Part shown: one piece after another, positions 24,672 through 32,000 of the stretch
Numbering within the stretch: the first letter of the stretch is position 1
Layout: each line of letters opens with the position of its first letter
Assembly (NCBI RefSeq): GCF_000025665.1
Contig: NC_013926.1
Location: 720,001 to 752,000 of the forward strand
Origin: Aciduliprofundum boonei T469
Lineage (GTDB): Archaea > Thermoplasmatota > Thermoplasmata > Thermoplasmatales > Aciduliprofundaceae
Length of the DNA: 32,000 bases
Direction: 5' to 3'
Position numbers and translations under genes: made by a program
Notes under the pieces: generated by a model
The model's input: the letters and a program-made list of their open reading frames with translations, nothing else
Databases searched by the model: none
What the model was told of the DNA's origin: nothing

Positions 24672-25784
24672 ATGAAAGTTAAATCTGTGAATGGACCCAA
24701 GAAACTCGCCAATGTTTTGCTAAGCGTGAATGTTGGCTGGAGCCATGAGCCCGTGGGAATGAGAGGAATATCCCATTTTCTCGAGCATTCTGTTTTTCTC
24801 GGAAGTGGTGAGCATCCAGAGCCCGATATGGATGTGGGAAAATATGGAGTTATGCTAAATGGGGAGACGCAAGCGGATAGAACGAATTTCTTCTTTTCAT
24901 CCCTTCCTGAAGATGCTGAAGATGTTTTGGAGATTCTATTGTCTCTCGTTTACCATCCATCATTTCCACCCGAGAAGGTAGAGGAGGAGAAAGAGAGCAA
25001 AATAATTCCTGCCGTTGTAAAAGAGAGCGATTTCTATCCATGGGAATTAGCTTATGAATGGGCTCGCAACCTAATTTTTGAATGGGATTTCAGGTACAGT
25101 ATGGGAACAGAGGATGAGTTCCGCAGCATAGGAATTGAGGAGTTAAGGGAATGGCACAGGAAACACTATCACTCGGGAAATTCTCTTCTTCTTGCTTCTG
25201 AGGGTATTGATATTCCAAACATTACCATACCTGAGGGGCACAGCAGACCTGAAGTGCAGAGAATAGTATATGGGGAAAGGGAGAAAATAATTGAAAAGGA
25301 TATGAAAAACGCTGAAATCGTGTGCGCATTTCCTTTGGACAAATATGATATTCGCACATATCTTCTAAGCATCTTACTCGGAAACTATGCAACCTCCAGG
25401 CTGTGGAGAGAGTTTCATAGGGATGCGTACATGGTTGAATCGAAAGTGGAATGGCACAATGGAAAAGGAGGATTTTTCCTCTATGTGGGGGCAAATTCCC
25501 GTGATTTTAAGAGTATATGCGAGAGAATGGAGAATCTATTGGAGGGTTTGCATTTTACTGGTGAGGAAGTGGAAATAGCGAAGAAAATTTTTGCAATAGA
25601 AATACTGGAGAGAGATAACAGTGTTTATAGGATGGAAAGCATTTTAAATATTGATCCCGAGTTGAGATTTGGAAGTGTGGAAAAAATTTTGGGTGCAATA
25701 GGGGAATTGGAATTGCACGATGTCGATGAGTACGCTTATCAAGTTTTAAATTTAGAAGAAATGAGGAGAGTTGTGGTGAAGTAA
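24672..25784 (+). CDS. M16 (pitrilysin/insulinase) family zinc peptidase, short single-chain form
   Basis: Inverted zinc motif HFLEH (GISHFLEHSVFLGS) with a downstream E in LNGETQADRTNFF. Confidence 0.8.
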   Translation: MKVKSVNGPKKLANVLLSVNVGWSHEPVGMRGISHFLEHSVFLGSGEHPEPDMDVGKYGVMLNGETQADRTNFFFSSLPEDAEDVLEILLSLVYHPSFPPEKVEEEKESKIIPAVVKESDFYPWELAYEWARNLIFEWDFRYSMGTEDEFRSIGIEELREWHRKHYHSGNSLLLASEGIDIPNITIPEGHSRPEVQRIVYGEREKIIEKDMKNAEIVCAFPLDKYDIRTYLLSILLGNYATSRLWREFHRDAYMVESKVEWHNGKGGFFLYVGANSRDFKSICERMENLLEGLHFTGEEVEIAKKIFAIEILERDNSVYRMESILNIDPELRFGSVEKILGAIGELELHDVDEYAYQVLNLEEMRRVVVK

Positions 25785-25793
25785 TACCCAAAT
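25783..25793 (+). repeat. Left copy of the direct repeat bracketing the ABC cassette (AATACCCAAAT...)
   Basis: aatacccaaatTTctgAGtttgtaaaga here versus aatacccaaatctgtttagaaaca at 29020. The 11-nt core is exact, with looser similarity over about 28 nt. Confidence 0.45.
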
Positions 25794-25859
25794 TTCTGAG
25801 TTTGTAAAGATAATAATGCCAAAAAATATATTTATTGGAAGAACATAACATCCCACACT

Positions 25860-26732
25860 ATGAAAATTGTGTCTATAATTGCATTTGCATGCACAATCCT
25901 ATTACTATTTTCGTTAATAAATATATCTAATTTAAATGTAGAGAGCAATAAAGATGCCTTGGCAAAATCTGCGGACTTCTACAATCCCAATACGCCACCG
26001 AAAACATTTGAAGACCTGTTTCTCCCGCATTGGTTTGAGAATGGAACATTTACTTTTAATGTGCCTCAATATATGCATCATTTTAAATTGGCAGGTACAT
26101 TTGAATGGGCGCCATATTACCACTATGGTGCTCAAAAAGGTAGACCTGCTATTCTTAATGTAACAGATAATTATGGAAATGTTGTATGGCATGCGAATAA
26201 TACTATTTATAATCAGCCGATAGGTGCTTCCGGGAGATCAAAAACACCTATTAAAGGAGATAAAATATTTATAAGAGTTAAAGGAAAGGTATTATTACAG
26301 TTTGGGATTTGGGGAGACTGGACAGAGAACATTCTTAACGGTGGAATTTATTCGCTTACCTTCAATGCAGGTAAAATAGCGTTGTATATGGATTACTACA
26401 ATCCAACGAATCTAAACACCTTCTATTTTAAATCCTCTCAACCTGTATATGCATATCTATTTGATGCAGAAGGGAGATTAATAGATCACACAGAAAAGCC
26501 AGTAAAAGAAGGTTCAGTAACAGAGCCCTATGACGCGTCACCGTTTCTGACATTCATCAGGCCCAATGGAGAGAATGGAAATGTAACGGTGCAATTCTGG
26601 GTTGGGTACGAAGAGAAGAAGAGCAGTCCAACAGGTGCGTTTATAGTGATTGGGATATTGGTAGTGATAGCGGTAGCGATGTATATTTATGCAAAGAGAG
26701 CAGTGTATGAAAAGAGGAGGAAGAGAAGGTGA
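25860..26732 (+). CDS. Hypothetical secreted protein with a C-terminal TM anchor (cassette gene 1)
   Basis: 290 aa with signal-like N-terminus MKIVSIIAFACTILLLFSLINIS. A beta-rich ectodomain carries WAPYY and GIWGDW motifs. The TM IVIGILVVIAVAMYIY is followed by a KRRKRR tail. TATA-like ATATATTTA lies about 35 nt upstream. Confidence 0.75.
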   Translation: MKIVSIIAFACTILLLFSLINISNLNVESNKDALAKSADFYNPNTPPKTFEDLFLPHWFENGTFTFNVPQYMHHFKLAGTFEWAPYYHYGAQKGRPAILNVTDNYGNVVWHANNTIYNQPIGASGRSKTPIKGDKIFIRVKGKVLLQFGIWGDWTENILNGGIYSLTFNAGKIALYMDYYNPTNLNTFYFKSSQPVYAYLFDAEGRLIDHTEKPVKEGSVTEPYDASPFLTFIRPNGENGNVTVQFWVGYEEKKSSPTGAFIVIGILVVIAVAMYIYAKRAVYEKRRKRR

Positions 26733-27586
26733 ATGCCATAGAGGTCAAAGATCTGAATGTATGGTACGGAAAATTTCAAGCTTTAAATGAGATTAATTTT
26801 TATGTACCGAAGGGATTGATAGCGGGGCTTATAGGACCCAATGGTGCAGGAAAGACCACTTTAATAAAGAGCATTGTTGGCATACTACCCTATGAGGGAG
26901 AGATAGAGGTTATTGAGGGAGATAACATAGGGTATCTGGCGGAAGATGAGGGATATTACGGGTACTTAACGGGCTACGAGTATCTAAGATACTTCAGCGA
27001 CCTTTACGGATTTGATAGAGATAAAATATATGAATTACTGAAATTGGTAGGATTGGATGGCAAGGAGAATGTTTTAATTAGCAAGTATTCCAAGGGTATG
27101 AAGAGAAGGTTGGGCATTGCGAGAACTCTTTTATCGCACTCTAGTGTAATAATATTAGACGAGCCTCTGAGCGGTTTAGATCCAAACATAAAGAGCGAGC
27201 TCAGAAAGATAATCTTGGAGATATCCAAAGAAAGGACTTTTTTAATATCCTCGCACCAGTTGAGGGATATAGAAGAAATTTGTGACTGGATAATAATGAT
27301 AAACGAGGGAAAGCTCTTGGGATTTGGCAAGCCTGAAGATTTATTAGAAGAAGTTAAGCCGGTTAGGGAGATAATCATACAGGTAAAGGATGTGGATGAA
27401 AGCGTAGTTGAGGAACTAAAAAGGATAGAAGGAGTAAAAAATGCAATTTTAAGGGGAAATATAATAACGATAGAATACGGTGGAGACGATGATTCTGAGA
27501 TTTTCAAGTATTTGCTCTCAAAGGGATTGAAATTTAATTTGAAGAGTGATACATTAGAATCCATATACAGGGAGGTATACAGATGA
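26729..27586 (+). CDS. ABC transporter ATP-binding protein (ABC-2/CcmA/NosF-like)
   Basis: Walker A GPNGAGKTT, signature YSKGMKRRLGIA and Walker B VIILDEPLSGLD. GTG start in a GTGA overlap, with AGGAGG upstream. Confidence 0.9.
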   Translation: MNAIEVKDLNVWYGKFQALNEINFYVPKGLIAGLIGPNGAGKTTLIKSIVGILPYEGEIEVIEGDNIGYLAEDEGYYGYLTGYEYLRYFSDLYGFDRDKIYELLKLVGLDGKENVLISKYSKGMKRRLGIARTLLSHSSVIILDEPLSGLDPNIKSELRKIILEISKERTFLISSHQLRDIEEICDWIIMINEGKLLGFGKPEDLLEEVKPVREIIIQVKDVDESVVEELKRIEGVKNAILRGNIITIEYGGDDDSEIFKYLLSKGLKFNLKSDTLESIYREVYR

Positions 27587-28326
27587 AGGCATATCCTATA
27601 ATAAGAGAGAGTGTGAGGAGTTCAATTTTAGATTTTTCATTTCCTTTGGTTGCAATATTGCTTTTAATCGTGGATATTGTAATAGGTGTTGAAAACAAAA
27701 TATTCACAGAGACACCCACACCTTATCCGTTCTGGCTCATATTCTTTTTTGATTCTTTCATTTTCATGATATACGGAGGATATTTGGGCACAAAATACTT
27801 TGCGAGAGAGTTTGATAAAAACACGATGATATCCTTGGTAGTCACTCCTGCTGGGCGCAATGGAGTTTATGTTGGCAAGTTGGTTGGAGGATTGATAGTG
27901 ATAGGTACCCTATCTCTAATTGTGTTCTTTCAAATTTTGGCATTTTTGGGAGTGTGGGGAGATATAGCTTATCTTTTATGGTACTGGTACGGAATGCACA
28001 CACTTGTATTGTTCATCTCTTCTTTATTTACCATGTTCTTGGCAATTGCCATAGGGGTACTGGTTAAAAAAACAGGTGCAACTCTCTTGGTCTCCTCTTT
28101 TTATGTTATTTTATCTCTTTTCATTCTCGCATTTATGCCCATGAGATACGCTGTGGATGATAGAGTGTATTATTCCATATTTTTCCCTAACTTGGGAATA
28201 TGGTACTTGAAATTATCCATATCCTCCTACGCTATAGTATATTCTTTCCCCATATTGCTAGGTGTGATAGGAACTATATTTATTGCATTAATTTCATTTT
28301 TCCTGTTCAAGGGGGTGAGATTGTGA
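27583..28326 (+). CDS. ABC-2 type permease (six TM, NosY-like architecture)
   Basis: 247 aa polytopic protein. ATGA overlap with the ATPase stop, and GGAGGT upstream. Confidence 0.8.
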   Translation: MKAYPIIRESVRSSILDFSFPLVAILLLIVDIVIGVENKIFTETPTPYPFWLIFFFDSFIFMIYGGYLGTKYFAREFDKNTMISLVVTPAGRNGVYVGKLVGGLIVIGTLSLIVFFQILAFLGVWGDIAYLLWYWYGMHTLVLFISSLFTMFLAIAIGVLVKKTGATLLVSSFYVILSLFILAFMPMRYAVDDRVYYSIFFPNLGIWYLKLSISSYAIVYSFPILLGVIGTIFIALISFFLFKGVRL

Positions 28327-29000
28327 ATTTGAGGATAATTGCCATGTTCATTACGGTAATATTCTTGTTCAGCATCTTTGCCTCTGCTGGAGCCCATGCC
28401 GAAGGAAGTGAGGAAAAATATTACAATTTTTTCAGTTTGTTCTTTCCCGGATCTCAAAAATATGCAATTTCTATTAGTTACTCTCCCGGTGGTGTGATTC
28501 ACATAGAGCCCTATAAGCTTAGCAGTTTGAAGGTTTACATAGATAAGATTAATGCCAGTGTAAATCCAGATTTCTATTTGAAGTTTATAGTAACTAAGGG
28601 ATTCTGGGTTCCCTACTACACGCCATCAGCTTTCAATCCTATGGCATACTACGAGAAAGTTAAAAGGTTCAATGAGTGGCTAAATGCAACAGGTTCTCTC
28701 ACGGGAAATGTTGCCTATGTAGAGCCGAAGATGGTTCACTTTAAAAAAGGGATGGATAATCTAACGGTAAATTTGAAAGTCAAGATATATGGATGGGGAA
28801 ATGATTGGGGTATAACGATTTTGGCAAGGGAGCACAATGCCAGTATGTGGATTCCAGTTAGCGGCGTGCCTTTGAGCGTGCACAAAGGGAGCGATTTATG
28901 GAGCATTTTACCTTATCTCTATTCTTCGGCTATTATAGGAACATTGATTTTCATAATCTTCAAACTTAGGTATCTTGATAGAAAGAAAAGAGAGAAATAA
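28323..29000 (+). CDS. Hypothetical secreted protein with a C-terminal TM anchor (cassette gene 4, distant paralog of gene 1)
   Basis: The start was reset to the GTG at 28323 (GTGA overlap with the permease stop); the ORF-track start at 28200 lies inside the permease gene. Signal peptide LRIIAMFITVIFLFSIFASAGAHA, motifs WVPYY and YGWGNDW, TM IIGTLIFIIF and a KKREK tail. Confidence 0.7.
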   Translation: MNLRIIAMFITVIFLFSIFASAGAHAEGSEEKYYNFFSLFFPGSQKYAISISYSPGGVIHIEPYKLSSLKVYIDKINASVNPDFYLKFIVTKGFWVPYYTPSAFNPMAYYEKVKRFNEWLNATGSLTGNVAYVEPKMVHFKKGMDNLTVNLKVKIYGWGNDWGITILAREHNASMWIPVSGVPLSVHKGSDLWSILPYLYSSAIIGTLIFIIFKLRYLDRKKREK

Positions 29001-29019
29001 ATCTAATTTTTTAGTATAG

Positions 29020-29030
29020 AATACCCAAAT
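29020..29030 (+). repeat. Right copy of the direct repeat bracketing the ABC cassette
   Basis: See 25783-25793. It lies 20 nt after the stop of cassette gene 4 and about 50 nt upstream of thiC. Confidence 0.45.
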
Positions 29031-29081
29031 CTGTTTAGAAACACTTATTTACCTTTGCACAATGAAGGTTTGGTGAGTTCT

Positions 29082-30365
29082 ATGCAGATGAAGAGTGCGA
29101 AGAATGGGGAATACACCGAAGAAATGAGATATATTGCGAAGAAAGAAGGAGTAGATATTGAAAAGCTCCGCAGGGCTGTTGCTAAGGGGCATGTTGTTAT
29201 ATTGAGGAATACCAAGCATAATGTTGAGCCCGTTGGAGTTGGCTCTGGATTGAGGGTTAAGGTTAATGCAAATATAGGCACTTCAATGGATATTGTGAAT
29301 GTTGAGGCCGAAGTGCGTAAGGCAAAAATTGCCAAAAAATATGGGGCGGATACCATAATGGATTTGAGCACGGGAGGCAATCTCCCCGAGATTAGGCATA
29401 GGATAATGAAGGAAGTGCCAATGGTAATAGGTACCGTGCCAATATATGAGGCAGCATGGCAGATGCTTGAGAGAAAAAAAGCAATTGTGGAGATGAGCGA
29501 GGATGATATGTTCAATGCAGTTGAATCACACTTGAGAGATGGTGTGGATTTCCTCACGATTCATGTTGGCGTAACGAGGGAGGCAGTGGAGAAGATGAAG
29601 AAGCATCCTCGCGTTGTGGGCACTGTTTCTCGGGGCGGCACATTCCATGCGGCTTGGATTCTGCATAATGATAAAGAGAATCCCTTTTACGAGAATTATG
29701 ATTATCTTCTTGAATTACTTGCCGAATATGATGCCACCATAAGTTTAGGCGATGGATTGCGCCCTGGAGGCTTGCCAGATGCCACCGATTTTCTGCAAAT
29801 TCATGAGTTGTATACCATAGGAAGGTTGGTGAAAAGGGCTAGGGAAAAAGGTGTGCAGGCAATGGTAGAAGGCCCTGGACATATTCCAATTGATCAAATA
29901 GAGGCAAATGTGAAGATGGCAAAGATTGCCACGGATAATGCACCTTTTTATGTTCTTGGTCCCCTTGTGACGGACATCGCGTCTGGCTATGACCACATCA
30001 CCGCTGCCATAGGGGGTGCCATAGCAGCCAAGGCAGGCGCTGATTTCCTGTGCTATGTTACTCCTGCCGAGCATCTTGCTTTGCCCAATGAGGAAGAGGT
30101 AAAACTGGGGGTAATAGCAACGAGAATAGCTGCACATGCCGTGAATCTAACAAGGTTTGAAGATGAATACAAATGGGATTACGAGATGTCTAAAGCCCGT
30201 GCCTCCCTTCGTTGGGATGAGCAACTAAATCTCAGTATAGACAAGGAGAATGCAATAAAAATAAGGAAAGAGAGGTATCCACACAGTCCGCAGGTATGTA
30301 CAATGTGTGGAGAGTTTTGTGCCATAAAAATATTGAGAGATTATCTAAACGAGGGAAAAGAATAA
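29082..30365 (+). CDS. thiC: Phosphomethylpyrimidine synthase ThiC
   Basis: Conserved throughout (NANIGTS, TIMDLSTGG, VEGPGHIP, C-terminal CTMCGEFCAIK). The ORF-track start at 29055 is a TTG. The ATG at 29082 is preceded by GGTGAG. Confidence 0.95.
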   Translation: MQMKSAKNGEYTEEMRYIAKKEGVDIEKLRRAVAKGHVVILRNTKHNVEPVGVGSGLRVKVNANIGTSMDIVNVEAEVRKAKIAKKYGADTIMDLSTGGNLPEIRHRIMKEVPMVIGTVPIYEAAWQMLERKKAIVEMSEDDMFNAVESHLRDGVDFLTIHVGVTREAVEKMKKHPRVVGTVSRGGTFHAAWILHNDKENPFYENYDYLLELLAEYDATISLGDGLRPGGLPDATDFLQIHELYTIGRLVKRAREKGVQAMVEGPGHIPIDQIEANVKMAKIATDNAPFYVLGPLVTDIASGYDHITAAIGGAIAAKAGADFLCYVTPAEHLALPNEEEVKLGVIATRIAAHAVNLTRFEDEYKWDYEMSKARASLRWDEQLNLSIDKENAIKIRKERYPHSPQVCTMCGEFCAIKILRDYLNEGKE

Positions 30366-30391
30366 TATGCCTTTGAGAAATAGGGTAAAAT

Positions 30392-31258
30392 GTGCTAAGT
30401 ATAGGAATCATTGTATTAACCTTGGCCATAATAGTCGTATTTACGGTAATATCCTTCAAGAAAAATCCGGTGTTTTATCTCTCCCTAGCATTTGTCATGG
30501 TGTATTTGATTGAACTCTACTCTTATTACCAAGGTTCAATATTACAATTCTATGAAGTATTTGCCTGCAAGTCCAATATTTTTGATTTAGGTATATTTAC
30601 AGCCATCTATGTGCATAGTTTGAATCCTGGGCATATATTTTTCAATATTCTCATATTCTTTTTAGTTGGCATACCTTTTGCCCAGAAAGTTGGAAACTTT
30701 AAATTCACAAGCATATTCCTTGTTTCTGGGCTCCTTGCCAACATTGGTTATTCTCTATTTCTAAGGATGAGTGGCATAAACTCGTTTCTTATAGGCGCCT
30801 CTGGAGCGATATTTGGTATAATGGGTGCGTTTTTAATTTTATATCCGAACGAGGAGATAACAATGTTTTTAGGTCCAATTTTGATGCCTCGTGTGAAGGT
30901 AAAGTATGCGGTTCTCGCTTTCATGGCCGTTGAATTCCTTGCCACACTATTCTGGGTAAATGATAATGTGGCACATGGTGCCCATGTAATAGGTGCTGTG
31001 AGTGGTGCCCTATTTGCCTATGCTTTGAGAAATTATGGGGTAGAAAGAATTAGAATTAAAAGCCTAAATTATGAGATTATAGATGAACTTGCAGATACAC
31101 CCGAGCTCCAAAGCATTGCAGAAAAGATAAAAGGAGAGAGGGATGAAATAATACGCAGCTCTTGGCTCCTTGAATTTTTCAGAAAGAAGAATGGAGACGC
31201 CGAATTTGAGGGAAAGTATATTAAGAGCGGAGGTAAGAAATACAGAATTTATAGGTGA
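30392..31258 (+). CDS. Rhomboid-family intramembrane serine protease with a soluble C-terminal extension
   Basis: Catalytic GASGAIFGIMGA and AHGAHVIGAVSGA motifs within six TM helices. GTG start. Confidence 0.85.
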   Translation: MLSIGIIVLTLAIIVVFTVISFKKNPVFYLSLAFVMVYLIELYSYYQGSILQFYEVFACKSNIFDLGIFTAIYVHSLNPGHIFFNILIFFLVGIPFAQKVGNFKFTSIFLVSGLLANIGYSLFLRMSGINSFLIGASGAIFGIMGAFLILYPNEEITMFLGPILMPRVKVKYAVLAFMAVEFLATLFWVNDNVAHGAHVIGAVSGALFAYALRNYGVERIRIKSLNYEIIDELADTPELQSIAEKIKGERDEIIRSSWLLEFFRKKNGDAEFEGKYIKSGGKKYRIYR

Positions 31259-31263
31259 TTTCT

Positions 31264-32000
31264 ATGCTCATTGATGGCTCTTATGGAGAGGGAGGTGGCC
31301 AAATTCTTCGCACTTCCATAGCCCTTTCAGCCATTTTAGGAGAGGATGTTGAGATTATAAATATTAGGGCAAAGAGGAGAAATCCAGGATTGGCAGCGCA
31401 GCATCTCTGGGGTATAAAGCTTGCAGGAATGATGAGCAACGCTAAAGTTTCAGGGCTCAAAGTTGGCTCACAGCGTGTAGTTTTCTCCCCAAATAAGATA
31501 AAGGGAGGGGAGTATAGAATTGACATAGGAACGGCAGGAAGCATAACTCTCCTTCTTCAAACTGCCATTCCCATAGCCATATTCGCTGATGGTAGGGTGA
31601 TATTAAAAATAACAGGGGGCACAGATGTATCATGGTCGCCACCAATTGATTACTATCGCTATGTTCTTTCATACTTTTTGCGAAGAATGGGGGTCAAGAT
31701 TGATATTGAAGTTATTGAGAGAGGTTACTATCCAGAGGGTGGAGGCAAGGTTAAGGTTGAGATTGAGCCAGCAGGGCTTGAGGGATTGAGTATATTGAAA
31801 AGGTGTGAAATGCTCGGTAAAATGGCTTATATAAATATGAGGGGATTGCCTATCCATGTTGTGAAAAGAATGAGTAAAGTTCTAAGAGAATATAAGCTCT
31901 TTGAAGATGTGGGAGATGAGGGCAGAAGTAAGGGCTGTGGATTGGTTATTTTGGAAGAGTACTCCAATACCATTCTTGCAGGAGATTCTCTGTGCAAAAG
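31264..32000 (+). CDS. rtcA: RNA 3'-terminal phosphate cyclase RtcA (3' end outside the window; absent from the ORF track)
   Basis: My translation is MLIDGSYGEGGGQILRTSIALSAILGEDVEIINIRAKRRNPGLAAQHL...IGTAGSITLLLQTAIP...ITGGTDVSWSPPIDYY. The frame stays open to base 32000. Confidence 0.85.
   Translation, partial: MLIDGSYGEGGGQILRTSIALSAILGEDVEIINIRAKRRNPGLAAQHLWGIKLAGMMSNAKVSGLKVGSQRVVFSPNKIKGGEYRIDIGTAGSITLLLQTAIPIAIFADGRVILKITGGTDVSWSPPIDYYRYVLSYFLRRMGVKIDIEVIERGYYPEGGGKVKVEIEPAGLEGLSILKRCEMLGKMAYINMRGLPIHVVKRMSKVLREYKLFEDVGDEGRSKGCGLVILEEYSNTILAGDSLCK

Noticed and set aside
27004-27564. 186-aa ORF antisense to the ABC ATPase gene
   Set aside because: It is a shadow ORF. Its composition is low-complexity and S/L/I-rich, it has no start-site signals, and the sense strand carries unambiguous Walker A/B motifs.
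28200-28322. Upstream extension of cassette gene 4 (ORF-track start at 28200)
   Set aside because: It lies inside the permease gene in another frame. The GTG at 28323 gives a GTGA coupling and places a proper signal peptide at the N-terminus.
29001-29081. TPP riboswitch upstream of thiC
   Set aside because: The 81-nt spacer lacks the conserved CUGAGA and ACCUGAUCUGGAUAAUGCCAGCG-like elements and is too short and AT-rich.
29045-29557. 170-aa ORF antisense to thiC
   Set aside because: It is a shadow ORF opposite a highly conserved gene, and its sequence is low-complexity.
1-32000. CRISPR arrays, rRNA genes and prophage blocks
   Set aside because: Reading both strands revealed no regularly spaced short direct repeats, no rRNA-like conserved stretches and no phage-type genes.

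Overview
This is a gene-dense, low-GC archaeal chromosomal segment. Archaea-specific markers include Rpo4/RpoF, L21e, RNase P Pop5, GGGP and DGGGP synthases, SepF, a tRNA intron with a bulge-helix-bulge (BHB) motif, and TATA-box or leaderless-type gene starts. I cannot name the organism from sequence alone. Housekeeping genes: a MiaB-like tRNA methylthiotransferase (3' fragment), SepF, an ATP-NAD kinase-like protein, KsgA, DUF655, RpoF, L21e, UbiD, a TtuA-like tRNA thiolase, tRNA-Leu(UAA), Pop5, GGGPS, DGGGPS, a radical SAM protein, intron-containing tRNA-Pro(CGG), an MTAP-like phosphorylase, an MptA/FolE2 GTP cyclohydrolase, an M16 peptidase, ThiC, rhomboid and RtcA (runs off the right edge and is missing from the ORF track). 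Accessory-looking parts: (1) a 937-bp IS4/IS5-type element with 8-bp target duplications, inserted between the UbiD stop codon and the L21e promoter. (2) A secreted triple-PPC-repeat protein plus a 55-aa AbrB-type gene (not in the ORF track) that split the otherwise conserved L21e-RpoF-DUF655-KsgA cluster. (3) A 1332-aa membrane-anchored surface protein combining a papain-like protease, a NosD-like beta-helix and five Ig-like repeats. (4) A translationally coupled four-gene ABC-2 cassette bracketed by an imperfect direct repeat. It encodes two unknown, apparently paralogous, membrane-anchored ectodomain proteins. The most interesting locus is a six-gene, tightly coupled module related to group-4 hydrogenases and complex I (11845-18331, minus strand). 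Its large subunit has lost all four NiFe-ligand cysteines, which makes it Ehr-type. Its small subunit carries a HycF-like N-terminal stub with a CX3CX3CX3C motif. No CRISPR array or rRNA was seen. Several first-Met positions in the ORF track are actually TTG or GTG codons. I reset those starts using ATGA/TGATG stop-start overlaps, Shine-Dalgarno-like GGTG motifs or TATA-box spacing.
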